A DNA stretch of 64,000 bases from Hormiphora californensis (taxonomy: Eukaryota > Animalia > Ctenophora): the NCBI GenBank assembly GCA_020137815.1, contig CM035358.1:3534001-3598000 (forward strand), in the 5' to 3' direction. The notes beneath the pieces were generated by a model. It saw only the letters and a list, made by a program, of their open reading frames with translations. It was not told the DNA's origin and made no database searches. Position 1 is the first letter of the stretch. Each line of letters starts with the position of its first letter. Made by a program: the position numbers and the translations under genes. Shown here one piece after another: positions 30,793 to 44,390 of this stretch.

Positions 30793-33700
30793 CTAGGCCT
30801 CCTTTTTCTCATAATCATCATCCTTCTTCAGCGCCTCCTCGCACTTTTCACTGTTGGCAGCAAACTCTGTCTTATCTCCCATACTGACAGTACAACCGTA
30901 ACAATCAGGCTTGTCTCCTCCCTTAATGCTGATCTTGAAACCCTTCTTGTTGGTGTATTTCACCTCACTCTCGTACTGAGCCATGTTATCACCTGGAAAG
31001 AGAGGGGGGTTGTTAGTAGTGCTGGAGATATTATGTATAGCAGTTGCAATGTGGATTGATTAATTGGGGGGGGGGGGAGGGTTAAGGTGGGCTTGGGAGT
31101 TTGGAGTCATTGTTACTTGTTACAAATTGTAACATGCAGTGTGGTTAACTTACCATTGCTGTCCCATCGGTAGAATTTGACATCGAGTCCAGAATCCTTC
31201 AGGTTCATCTTACTGTCCGCTTTGACAGCCTATGGAAATATAATTAAAGAGAAACAACGATTTTGCAGTACTAATATTCAATTAAGAATGAATGGAAATA
31301 TAATTATGATAATTTATTGGTTAATTAATTGGTTAATTAGTTATTATGTACTACGATTTCGATGCTGGTAGAGAATATATTGATTAGTGTCGACTGTCGA
31401 TGAATAAAACTTTTGAAGACGTGAAATATAGTGTTTTCAAAATCTATACCAGCGCTCTTATTTGAAGAAATGAGGGTCAGGCCAAAGCTATGACAGTGTA
31501 CCAGTGTCTACAATCACTCCAACTTACGTCAACTTTGCAGAACATCTTCTTAAAGCTCTTGGCAGCATCAACACTAACATCCACACTCCAATCTTCATTG
31601 AAACACTTCACAGCTATCTGCTCATTCTTCAGACAGAGGGCTCCCTCACCGTACGCTTCTCCGTGACAAGTATCACTGAACACGTGGTAGTTAGTTTAGA
31701 AATCAAGAAGGACCTCCTCTCTCTCAATATCTCTCAATATCTCTCAATATCTCTCAATATCTCTCAATATCTCTCAATATCTCTCAATATCTCTCAATAT
31801 CTCTCAATATCTCTCAATATCTCTCAATATCTCTCAATATCTCTCAATATCTCTCAATATCTCTCAATATCTCTCAATATCTCTCTCTCTCTCTCCCCAT
31901 CTCAAAACTTACGAGGTAATGAGGGTATCATCGTATTGACACTGGACCTTGGTCCACCCAAAAGCGTTGGACACAGTCTTCAGCTTGGAAGGGGCATCAA
32001 TCCTAACTCCACCCCTGTACCCCAGAGATCTGCAGATAGCACCAGCGGCATTGTCATTAAAGTCATCGTCACACCCAGTCATCCAGTCACCAGTACCAGT
32101 GACAGCGCCAGAAGCGTTAACAGACCTCGCTAGAACCCGACCAATGTTATCAGCCAATGCCCCACCGTTCTCAAGTTTGAACTCGATCTTGCTCCACTCG
32201 GTTGGGTCACGGCAGTGAGGAATCTCCATACTGTAATCCTCACGGCACCATCCCCAGTCCCCACGGGTAGTTTCAACCATCATGAAGCCTTCGTTACACT
32301 GGTACTGTGCCATAACAGGTGCAAGGGGGTTGGTCTCACTCACATTGAACTGTATAGCACGGCCATTCTCTGGGTAGTCTGGTAGATAACAATGGCCAGC
32401 CTCATACTTTGGTTTACACTCTGGCATGATCATGTGACCACTGTCATACATGCACAAACCAACTCCGTAGACCTCCAGCAGAGGGGGCTGATTGGCAGCG
32501 TCCTCAGAGAAATCAGCAGGGTTAGATACAACGGCAAGTCCATCGTAACAGTGATACTTGACAACTCTCATCTGGGTGTTATCAATACCAGTTTCAGCTT
32601 GAGAGTAGTCAGAGCTGTCCCAAACCATGAAACCACCGGAGATCATATCAGGGAAGTCACACTTCACTTCATCCTTATCATCATCATCATCATTAGATCG
32701 GCACATCCGGGGTGCTTCCAGTGATGGTACCAGACTCTCGATCACAATAAGCCCAGTCACTACCCTCCATGTAGTAACCTTCATCGCACATGTATCTAGC
32801 GCCATGGTCATACTCCTCTACCTTGTATCCGTTTTCTATGTCAGGATAGGCACAAGAGTAGTATTTCTTGCACTCAGGAGCCTCAGAAAGATTGCCATCT
32901 CCATCACACATCACCCAATCAGAGCCCTCCATTTCGTAACCCTCGTTGCACTCGTATCTAGCCTTGTAATCCATGACGTCAGAGGTTATGTTGCCATTAG
33001 CAACCAAATCATGAGGGAAGTTACATGGTTCTCCTGCTTCAATACATTCAGGGTATTTGTAGTTTCCATGGACATCACAAGACGCCCAGTTGTGCTCTAG
33101 AATCCTGAATCCATCGTTACACCTGTACCACGCACCCATACCATTCTCAGAGATCCCCTCCAGTACACCGTTAGTAATGTTCTGGAAGTCACACCGCCAC
33201 TCCTCACACTCAGGAACGTTGACGGCCTCAGTGCCGTTACACCAGGCCCACCCATCATGTCCCTCAGGCAGCTTCCATCCGTTCCACGTGTTACACTCGT
33301 ACCTCTTCTTATTGACCTTGTCCTCTGCAATGTACCCGTTCTCAATGTAATCAGGGAGCTCACAGGTCGCTACAATCTCCTTGCACTCAGGGTAACTCGC
33401 CACCCCATCAACACATCCTGCCCTGGCATCACCCTCCATCTCGTGAGTATCAGAACATCTGAACCACACGGCACCACTATCCTCCCTATCAACCCATCCA
33501 TTCTCTACGGCACCATGGTCATAATAACACCTCTTCTCCATACACCTGATATTGGTGATGGGCATGTCGTCTTCACATTTAGACCAGCCGTTACCCTCTT
33601 GCTCACTATCCTCGCAGTAGTAGTAACCCTCAACCCATCCCTCCTCACTCATCCATGTACTGGACAGTTTAGCTCCTTCATAATACTCAGGCAGGGTACA

Positions 33701-36700
33701 GTTCTGGGCCTTGTTACAGGTTGGAATGTCAGGGACAAGCATGTCCTTTCCGTTCTCATAGCTCTGGTAGCAGTACTTGCGGGTGTACTCGGGGAAATAG
33801 CCATCATTACACCTGTATTCAGCATACCACCGCCCGTCCTCATATCCCTCATTACCCTTCATACCATTATCAATGGAATCAGGGAACTCACAGTTCTCCA
33901 TGCACGTGGGGTACTGGTGATCGTCGACCTTTCCATTCTCGTTGGTACACCTAACCTCCCCACCACCATAGTTGGCAAACGAATATCCATTGTCACAGGA
34001 GTATTTCGCGGTAGGACATCCCTCATCAACCCACGAACCGTTGTAGTTTCCATTTTCGATAGAATCCTCGAAACTGCAGTTATTCTCGATACACTCGGGA
34101 ATGTTTTTCTCCCCAGCAGCGTTGTTGATATCGCAAGACGCCCAATTGTTGCACCACTTCGCCCTGAAGCCATCATTGCATTCATACTTAGCAGAGGTAC
34201 CCCACTCGTCTGTTTTCCTTCCGTTTTCAATCTCGTCGGGGAAGTTACAGCTCCTGCACTCAAACGGAACTCTTTCCTCTTTCTCATTGTCCCACACAGT
34301 AACGGAGAGGGTGCAGTTGTTACAGGAATCATAGTCACACTGCATATCCCAGTACCTTGATCTATCCTCGTTGGTCATAGGACACATGTGTTCCCCACAC
34401 CCCTGATTATCCCAGCATTCCTCCTTAGCATTTCCATTGTCACAGAAGAAGTTGCCCTTGTCGTATGTGGTTTCCATGTCCCATTTGGTAAAGTCGACAG
34501 ACCTTGGGACGGCCATGATCATGTTCATCACCTCTGGTCCCATGGTCATACCAACCATAAGGGCGTTGAGGTCATCCAAACCGAACCTTTTAGCAGCAGC
34601 CATACCACTGACAGCAAAGTCAGAGAACCTCATGGTGACAAGATTGGAGAGACCCTTGAGAATGGGGAACATGTAGGCACTGGTAGCACCATCAACCCCC
34701 AGCTCGTACTCCCGAGGGAAGGAGAGATATCGCTTATCATCATCAGAAGTACACTGTTTCTCAGCCTCGTTAGTGAGTTCAGCAGCCTCATGTAGCCAGT
34801 TCAGGAGGTAACATCCAGGATTCTCGTAGAGGTGCTCCCACTCAGCAGCAGCTCTTCCTGCCTTCTTGCCATCATAATCAGGGCATGCCTCTTCAAACCT
34901 AGCCTCCCAGTTCATGAAGTAACAGATCATCGCACTGGTGGAGTTAGCAGTCCAGGCATCTTCGAAACTGGAAGCCTCAGCGACGCCCTCAGCCTCACAT
35001 TTCTCCAGAATCCTGTGGTTGGCAAGGAGAATGGAACAACTATCAAGTCGGAAGTCGACAGCAATATCCAGCATGTTGTATCCCTCACGGAGGACGTTGT
35101 GTTCCATACATTCAGCCTCAGAGGTGGCTCCCCAGTAGGGCGTGTTGAGGTCAGTGTGGCAGGGTATACAGTTGTCACCGTCCAGGCCGTAGGAACCGAA
35201 GGGACAAGGGGTACACTCCAAGTTGTCAGCAGTGTAATACCCTGCCTTGCATGCCTCGCACGTCACTAAGAGGGGGAATTAGTTAATTGGATAATAATTA
35301 GTTAATTGGATAATAATTAGTTAATTGGATAATAATTAGTTAATTGGATAATAATTAGTTAATTGGATAATAATTAGTTAATTGGATAATAATTAGTTAA
35401 TTGGATAATAATTAGTTAATTGGATAATAATTAGTTAATTGGATAATAATTAGTTAATTGGATAATAATTAGTTAATTGGATAATAATTAGTTAATTGGA
35501 TAATAACTAAGGGGTAGAGACTAATTATATGGGTTGCATACAAGATGGTAGCAAGCGGCTGTACGGATCGTGTGGCCTTATCAACTCGGGTCGATACAAA
35601 GCGGTATTGGGTACACAACGTGATATCACACATTCCCATAAATATGGGATTAATAAATCTGGGATGCCTAGTGTGTGTGTGTGTGTTCGGTACCTCCCGT
35701 CGTTCCACCCCATGCTGAGGTTATTGATGACCCCTCAGCCGGCCCGTTACTGACCTCACTCCTTGCCAGATGACCCCCACACACAGGGTCACTGTCGGTA
35801 TGATTCCACTTAGATTCCACTGGTTTCCCAGCAGTCTCTTTGTGGTACCGCAAAAGGAGCATGCGAGTCTGTGTCGGGTTTGGCACGGAGAAATCTTTCC
35901 CCGCAGACATGTGATGGGACTTACCTTCCGATTGGATGGTCTTTGGTTACCACTGTCACGACAACTGTGGAAGTAGGTGATTTGCCGGATATCATTGATT
36001 ACCTATCAAGGGATTAAATGCTTATCTTTACACCAGGGGTCTTGTAGTCTAAGCTAGCTAGTAATGTATTCACAAGTACGACCCAAGGGTCCGGTCAGGC
36101 GATGTTGCCATCGCCGGGTGGCCAGGTTATAGATTAGTTGCTGTAAAACAACGTCTATGGTTGTCCCTGAGTGCATTTGACCAGTATCAGTTCACTCAAG
36201 GCTTCGCGTAATTAATGCGAGGGGTCTCAGTGTAAGCGTGTCTGCTATTTGAATAAGGGTACCATTGTTTAAGTGTCCCAAACTGTAATGGGCTTTTCCC
36301 TGACTACTAAAGGGTCTTTCAGATTTGTAGGTTTGTCACTTGCCTTGTTTTGGGGTGTGCGTGTCTGAGGCTCGGTGATTTGTTGTAGGTGTGGAGATCA
36401 CGCATGTGCGGAGCTTGGGATTAGGGGGGGGGGGGTAGGGTGTGTCTGAGGAGTCTAGAACTTGGGCTTGGAACTGTGCGCGCAGTTTGTTCGGCCTGGT
36501 CGGACTTTGTTCACCATGGCGTTTTCGCGCGTTACGTTTGAAATAGTGGTAGGGTAAGTTATTTTGTGTCTAGATCTGTTTTTTGGAACAAATAGGGTGT
36601 GGGGGTTAAATAGGCAGAGGTTTTTAGGTGCAAATTTGGGCAGGGGTTCCCCAGGGGCGACCAGCCCCTACTTGGTTATTACTGGGTTTATCTCTGCCCT

Positions 36701-39700
36701 GTCATAAAGACAGCCATGGGCAAGAGAGCTGTTTTGCAGGCGACAGCAGCCGGGTCGACGGGCAGAGCCCTCAGGGGTTGCTGTATATAGCGGGGTTGAC
36801 GTGAGTCAGAATTGAAAATATCCAGAAGTTGTCTGGACGTCCGTAGTCATTTAGCCGTCACTCTCTCAGAACTCTCTCTAACTCGCTCACCCACTCTCTC
36901 TCTCCCTTAACAGATTGACGTTACCAGGATGGACCACGCGGAGGTGGACTGAATCGGACTTGTTATGTGAGAGGTGGAAGTTACCAGCAACGACACAAGC
37001 AGAAGCCCCCACGGCGCGGAAAACACCGCAGGAGCCTCCACTACACACATCCCATAACCATTACCATCCCTGGGATGCCTAGTGAGCACATTTAATTAAG
37101 CGATTAATTTATACTTACTAGACGACCAGCCATCGCTAACTTTAATTCCCTTGCTCATACAGTCTTGTCCTCCAAATCCACCCTTGTAGGTGAAGGTCAG
37201 ACCCTCACCAACGTGGACACTGGAAAAGAGTCGTGTGTTAAATTTTCCACCCTATCATTTTCTGAGTTGCCTAGCTAGACTCTGTTTCGCGAGCCCTGGG
37301 TTAAAACATAACAATTTCTGAGATGATATTATAATGTGATTAATTCAACACATAATAACCCTTCAAGTTTACGAACTCCAAACTTACGCTGAAAAGCTGG
37401 CCATTTGAGCATCTACAGCCTTGTTTGTAGTCTTGACAATAAGAAGAGCCTCAGAAGCATCATTAGACATGAGTCGACAGCCACCGAAAATAGTCTCACA
37501 AGAACCACTGCAAACAGAAGAGGGTTAACCACTGTATAGTTCTTTTGGATTTTGTCTCTCAAACACTATCTCTGAAATCCTAATTAACCAACTAATTAAT
37601 TAACCAATTAATAATTGATAACTTACTCCTCAAAGCAGGCCCATTTGTTAGAAGCGTAGTTTGCAGCCTTGTTAAAGATGTTCCTGACCACACTCTTGCC
37701 AGCGTTGTCTCCACAACCTCTGAAGTTAGCATCTCCGCTAACCTCGAACCTGGCCATGTAGTAAGTGTAGGCTTCCTCAGCCTCCGTACCAGATGGGGTC
37801 ACTGGAGAAGCATAGTACAGTCGGACCCCGATTTAGTGGCATCCTCGGGGGAAAAAAATCCTGCCACTAAATCGGGGTGCCACTAAATCGGGGTGAGCCA
37901 TATTTGGCCCATAAAAACCTATTTTATGCCCGAAATGCTATACTAAAGACACCTCTAACTGTTATATGCAATATTCATGTATTAATGACCTGATCATTTC
38001 TGATTAGAAAAAGAAAACTATAAAATAAATTTTTCAAAAAAATTGTGAAAAATTCTCTAAGTTAAACCAGCCCGTCCGATTTGTGTTTCGAATCGGTGCA
38101 GCTTACTGAATGTCCTGTCGCTAATTAGCGGGTTCGAAACTAACCGATACGTGATACCATGCCGAATCGGGGCACCCTAAGCGGGTGAGGAAGTATCAAA
38201 ATTTCAAAATAACTTTTACTCTCAAAATTTATGGGGAGCACCGATCAAAGCATTGACAATCGTATTGTAAAATTTTGCAAAAAAAGTTTTAAATTTTAAA
38301 CTTTAAAGGTATACCAGCCACGTCCGAATCGTGTTTCGAATCGGTGCATCTTATCGCATGTCCTGCTGCTAATTAGACGGTTCGGAACGAACCGATACGT
38401 GATCTGCATGGGGCCATTGAATCACATGTTTACCAAGCGTCAAAATTTCGATTCGATGGGGATCACGTTTCGGTTCGTTCCGATCCGTCTAATTAGCAGC
38501 AGGGCATGCTATAAGATGCACCGATTCGAAACACGATTCGGACGTGGCTGGTTTTCCTTTGAAAAATTTTCAAAAAAATTTCACAAAAAAAAATTCAAAA
38601 AATTTTTGGGGAAAAAAAATCCTGCCACTAAATCGGGGAGCACCGATCAAAGCATTAACAATCGTATTGTAAAATTTTGCAAAAAAAGTTTTAAATTCTA
38701 AAGGTATACCAGCCACGTCCGAATCGTGTTTCGAATCGGTGCATCTTATCGCATGTCCTGCTGCTAATTAGACGGTTCGGAACGAACCGATACGTGATCT
38801 GCATGGGGCCATTGAATCACATGTTTACCAAGCGTCAAAATTTCGATTCGATGGGGATCACGTTTCGGTTCGTTCCGATCCGTCTAATTAGCAGCAGGGC
38901 ATGCTATAAGATGCACCGATTCGAAACACGATTCGGACGTGGCTGGTTTTCCTTTGAAAAATTTTCAAAAAAATTTCACAAAAAAAATTCAAAAAATTTT
39001 TGGGGAAAAAAAATCCTGCCACTAAATCGGGGTGCCACTAAATCGGGGGCCACTAAATCGGGGTCCGACTGTATTGGTTAACTGGTTAATTAATTAGTCC
39101 ATTTATTAGTAGTTTTTTATTATAAAAGATCGACCTCTTCATTTCATCTTCAATGTAAAATTATATGACATGATAATGTGAGATCTAAACAACAAGACAT
39201 GTTCCACATACCACAGTATACATTTCCATCAGAAGCCTCCATCTGTTTCATTCCTGAGACACAGATCTCCTCAAATCGAGGACTAAACTGTTTGATACGG
39301 AAATCTCCAATCTTGAGAGCATCAGCGTTAAGCTGCATTCCCCCAAGGGGCAGCTCCATAAGGTACTTGTTCAGCTCACTATCATGGGGGGGGGGGGGGT
39401 TAGGATATTAGGGATATTAGAGTGTCCCATAAATATTGTCCCTTGGTGGTTTTTTCAAGAAACTTGGCCATACTCATGTGATGTTGCAGAGTTAGATAAC
39501 TTGTGTTAATTAACTAATTAATTAACTAACTAATATCTCTCTCACCTGAAGCCGTATTCAATGATCTGAGAGCCCATCCCGATGTAAGCGTTGATAGTGG
39601 GGAGGAACCCCTGGACAAGCCTCAATGCCGAATAGGAATAAGAGCCCCCAAGTTTGGGGGATAGTAAACTGAATTGACATTGTCGTTATGATGTTACCTT

Positions 39701-41253
39701 CCTTCATCTGAGGTCCTGGAAGAGGGGATTCAGTGTCAGTGAGCATGAATTAATAGGAAAATATAACCTAAACTCATATTTAATTAAAATTATGATTTTA
39801 ATTAACTGCGTATAATTAACTCACTCGCAGTTGTCGACGTTAAGGCTCTGGATCTGGAGGTTGCTAACTACCCATGAGTGTCTCAGAGATGTTGGTACAC
39901 ATGTCCCCAGTCACGGAGACATCAAGGAAGATCCTCATCATGAAGGAATTGTGGTTCCTACTGTTCCTGTCTGAGAAAAGAGGGGGGATAGGATAAAGGA
40001 TCAATGGATAGTATGGGGGTGTAAAGAGCTGTAATAGTGAATAGTGATACCCAAGGGCTAAATTCTAACACCTATTGTCCATGATGGAGACTACTTCGGA
40101 GTTCGGTTGCTATGGTAACCAGACGAAACTCTCTTAATACAGCATGTAGCAATCTATGATAGCTTCATCTCTCCATGCTTGCAAGAGGGCCCCACACACA
40201 GTGGGATGATGATATGAATAAGTCTGGATGATTGGAGGGACAAGCAATATATATTGATTGGTGCTGTCTCTCTTTCATCAATAATACTGTCTGTACAATT
40301 GTACTATACGATCAGCCAGTATGAGAGAGATGCGGCAATCCTAACATCAATCCCAACATGATATGACCCCAATGCATGTGTCTATACCCACGCATTAAAA
40401 TATTACCTACCCACACGGCCACACATTGGTCCTGGCTGGTAGCATATAGTGTAACATAGTGTAACATCAATCTAACATGACCCTAACATGACCCGCCTAA
40501 CATGTAGTTAAAAACTATTACCTACCCACACATTGGTCCTGGCTGGTAGCACCCACGTCGAACGTGGTACCATCCCAACACCATTGGCACTCAGTACTGT
40601 CCTGTCTTGTTGTTGTAAGTACCGACCATGCAGGGGGCACAGTAGTCCACCATTAGACCCTCATCATTGTATGTCCCTGGAGTGGGGGGAGGGGTGTTAC
40701 AAGTAGTAGGGTCGGGAGTGGGGGGTGTTACAAGTAGTAGTAGGGTCGGTAGTGGGGGATGGGGGGTGTCAACTGTATGTCAACAAGACAAGAGTACAAA
40801 TTATATAGAGAATGTAATACTTAATCCGTATGAAAAATTGTCAGTAATTCTAAATTAACGATAATTTCCCATTACTGATTCACATTACTGATTCCCATTA
40901 CTAATTCCCATTACTAATTCACATTACTAATTTTCCATTACTAATTCACATTACTAATTCCCTAATTATTAATTACCTGCAGGACAGTCAAGGCACTCAG
41001 CAGTTCCAGCTGTAGACCATGACTGGTATTGGCCGGATGGGCAGGATTGTGCCTGGTCGAATTGCGCGTGTACAGTTCCCGCTACCAGGAGCAGCAACTG
41101 AGGGGAGTGGGGTGTTAGAATAGAATGGGTATCGTGTAAATAAATTAGAGGTTGAATTGTTCTGACTAAAAAATAATTAGAAAAATACTTGAGCGGGACC
41201 TAATTGCTAAATATTTTAAGATGACTTACAAAAATATTTCTCAGTTGATTCAT
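30793..41253 (-). CDS. Large secreted protein: signal peptide, GCC2/GCC3 (ephrin-receptor-like) Cys repeats, ~9 CCP/Sushi domains, SRCR domain and a C-terminal Cys-containing domain
   Basis: Exon 1 41230-41253 (MNQLRNIF) then LLLLVAGTVHA. GCC motifs CPAGTY and CPFGSY..GATSEAEC. Sushi repeats CxFP..IENG..A.Y.C.DG. SRCR motif GRV..W..CDDDFNDNAAGAICRSLGY. Giant exon ~31911-35264; last exon 30793-30992. Several apparent +1 frameshifts (~40595, ~39871, ~32718). Confidence 0.88.
31718..31885. repeat. 10-bp intronic tandem repeat CTCTCAATAT
   Basis: Direct reading, ~16 units. Confidence 0.95.
35277..35507. repeat. 19-bp intronic tandem repeat AGTTAATTGGATAATAATT next to an acceptor
   Basis: ~12 units; the minus strand carries a CTAAT branch-point-like motif in each unit. 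Confidence 0.95.
35674..37069 (-). mobile_element. ~1.4-kb non-autonomous non-LTR retroelement-like insertion
   Basis: 15-bp TSD CTGGGATGCCTAGTG at 35659-35673 and 37070-37084; (CA)n tail at the minus-strand 3' end; no long ORF. Confidence 0.6.
37818..39071. mobile_element. Tc1/pogo-type non-autonomous element with internal ~395-bp tandem duplication
   Basis: TA|CAGTCGGACCCCGATTTAGTGGC...CTAAATCGGGGTCCGACTG|TA. Duplicated ORFs 38399 and 38794 reflect the duplication; each copy contains a ~240-bp imperfect hairpin. Confidence 0.85.
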
Positions 41254-42746
41254 ACGATGAATTATTGTGTTGCTAAAAAAATCAAATCTCGTTAAAACTC
41301 AGATCACGCACATATGAGAAGCAGTAAAGCAAGGTCGCAGAGGTAAGAATACAACGTGTGATATGTTCCGAATAGAATCACATGGCCTGATAGTTTTAAC
41401 TGAAGTATCACGTGACTTCACATGTGTACTTCACACGTGAACAGCAAGTATGTGACCCCCTCAGCAGCTCAACAATACACCCTCAACCACTGCACAACTA
41501 CAGTGTGGAGATCAGTGACGTCAAAAGCATGTCTTAAAACAAAATCAAAATGTCTTAAACTACATGCATGGATAATACAAAGACTTATTGGAGACCCATC
41601 TAGACAAAGGAGAGAAACAAGCAGAAAAGGAGGGTTACCGCGGCCCTACGTGATAGAGAGGTATCAGAGTGGGATAATATTATTATAACGAGAGAGGGGG
41701 GGGGATAAACTAGATAAACAACACTGAACACGAAAGAATTCGTAATAGTGAGTAAAGCATAAATCATGATAATATGGGATTTATTCATTATTGACCAAGA
41801 CGATCAAGGCGAGCCTCATTCCCGTTACTGACCAGGCCTTTTCGGGTCCCATCTATATTAACATTCAGTAGCCCAATACGATATTATTTTTTTATATCCA
41901 ACCCTAGATCAGGCTACCTAAAGCGATTATATACGGCCGACGAATGCTAGATTCCATATCCAACCCCGGGCCTGATTGGACTGCGTGAGCGGTCAGGATA
42001 TAAATACGAGATGAGACGAATGTGGTGGTGTAAGGTATGGAACTGAATAAACAAGCTCCAGTTCAAACAAAAGCCTCCCCCGTTATGTCATATGAAGATC
42101 ATCTTCTATTATCCTTAGAGAGAGGGAGGTCACGTGTCAGCCAACTACGATATAAACTGTGATTGGTACTATTATAGGGGTATTGGAGCAGGGAGGGAGA
42201 GGTATTACACTAACAGGTCATGTACGGACTACGAAGGTACGAGAAGATTCCAGATATACCCAGGAGAGACTAGAGAGAGAGAGAGAGAAACTTTGTGCCC
42301 CAGGTGAACAAGGAAAAGGGGCATGTTTGGATAACTGCAGCACATCCCGCGAGGTGGGGGGATACCTTCTTGTTTGTGTAAATCTTACATGGGTGAAGTT
42401 TCTAGAAACCAAAACCACGCTTTAGTAAGCCTTTAGAGCGAACTAAGGAACAATATCAAATGTCCTCTCGACTTAGACCTCAATGACTTGAAAAAGAATG
42501 AGAAGGATTACGTAGATAATAGCCCATAGATATCATTATAATCAAATTAGATGATACGGCACATAAGGGACTACGTCAATGGGCCCCCAAAAACACTATT
42601 ACGCCTCAGATATCCGTCTACTGCTCCAGTGGAAATGGCAAGCCGAATACCGCTATAGAAGCTCTTATTTATACCGGAATTTCGTTACCAAGCAGAACTA
42701 AACAAAGATGATATCATTCTAATTCTAGTAGAATCTACGGGTCACA

Positions 42747-43897
42747 TAATAATAATAATATAATAATATTCCGCGCTTATATACCGCCCATACCCGACGG
42801 AAACATGTCAAAATATTGGCGATGCTCCGCCTGGTCATCAGAGCGGTATATCCTCGAGTAAATATATGACACACACAAACACTCTGGTTGAAAAAGACAA
42901 TATATAGAAGCCGATATAACTGGACTTATAAAACTGGTGGAATAACTGGTCCCATAAACCTGTAGATATAAATTTAAAACACGCTATACTCACACCTGCT
43001 AGGGAAAAAAGTTTAAACTAGGTAGTGATTTAATAGCATGCCTAGAGAGAGGATGACACCGATTGCCCGCAGGCTCCACAACTACAACAAACATTACAAC
43101 TCAGCCGCGGGTTCCCCATCACCCACTCCAAATGCACCAACGAAGAGATGTGTCTTCAGACGGGCCTTGAATGTATCCACATTGGGGATTGACCTGAGCT
43201 CAAGAGGTAACTCATTCCAAATAGTAGGCAGGAGCACTGATAGTCTCCTACGTCTCAACTTAGAGTTGGCGTTGATGCTTGTCATCTTTGGGTGTTTTAA
43301 TCTGTACGGATCAGTAACACTAGTCATCCTTGTTGTCCTGGAGAGACCCCAGCTGTCATCAAGTGGCACCATTTCCTGGAGGTAACGGGGTGCTGTTCCA
43401 TAGACTATCTTGTAGGCGATCAGACAGGCTTTGAAGTCCAGTCTGTAGGAGATGGGCAAGATATGGCACTGCCTGAAGTATTCCAAATAGCTTTCCTGGT
43501 GTCCATGGATGTTGTATATAAAGCGCACACAGGCGTTAAGAAGTTTCTGGAGCCCACTGAGAACTCGACCTGGAAGTCCACAGTACAGTATGTTACTGTA
43601 ATCAATTCTTGATATGATCAATTGTTTGACCAACATTATCTTTGTTGGAATATCAAAACACCTGTGCAACTGCCAGAGATTCCGTAATGCCAATCCACAC
43701 TGTTTCCTCACATTGTTAACCTGTCGTTCAAGATTGAGATTGTGATCCAAGAGGATTCCAAGGGTTTTCCCGGTTGTTCCACTACATTCACTAGGGGAGA
43801 TTTCTGTTCCTCCAAAGTTAATGACTGGATCGAAAGTGACCTTGCCTAAGGAACTGCGCTTTCCAAGAAGGATGAATTCTGTCTTAGCCTCGTTTAA
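42747..43897 (-). mobile_element. 5'-truncated LINE (L2/CR1 group), RT C-terminal part and 3' UTR
   Basis: LNEAKTEFILLG, LGILLDHNLN, LIISRIDYSNILYCGLP, IWNELPLELR..FKARLKTHLF; (TTA)n 3' tail at ~42747-42767. Confidence 0.9.
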
Positions 43898-44294
43898 AGT
43901 TTTAGGTGGCACCGCTGTACTGTAGCTATACAAAACTAAATTCATAGAGGGGGCGCCATACAACTATTTCGGCCTTCTCTTATATATATATTACTCACTG
44001 TATAAAAATCACGTGATCCTGACGTCACACGTGTGTGCACGAGAAAAATCTTACCTGCTTGCTTGACTATCCAAAACTCCGATTCTTTTGGGCTGTTCTT
44101 TTGAGACATGTCTCGCAGCTAGTAGTACAAAAGGGTGGGTGTTAAATATAATACAGAATTAGAAATTAACGAGAATGAATTCAACACAGGGTAATTTAAA
44201 ACTTTACTGATCTTAATTACACTACAGTAGAACCTCACAAATAGGTTTCTGACAAATACAGGATAGCTACAGTACAGCGGTGCCACCTAAAACT
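43898..44294. mobile_element. Kolobok-like MITE inserted at the LINE 5' end
   Basis: TTAA|AGTTTTAGGTGGCACCGCTGTACTGTAGCTAT ... ATAGCTACAGTACAGCGGTGCCACCTAAAACT|TTAA. Confidence 0.85.
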
Positions 44295-44390
44295 TTAAAC
44301 AAAATAGTTGAACTCTGTTCAGATCATCTGTTGACAAAGTAGATCGAGAAATAGATACCTTCCTTCTCGATATATTTCCCATATAATATA

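Noticed and set aside
33257-34360. 367-aa + strand ORF
   Set aside because: Antisense shadow of the Sushi-repeat exon.
38399-39081. Duplicated MICMGPL ORFs
   Set aside because: They lie inside the tandemly duplicated interior of a non-autonomous TIR element.
41680-42160. Possible solo LTR (TATAAA at ~41998, AATAAA at ~42046)
   Set aside because: No convincing TG..CA termini or TSD found by eye.
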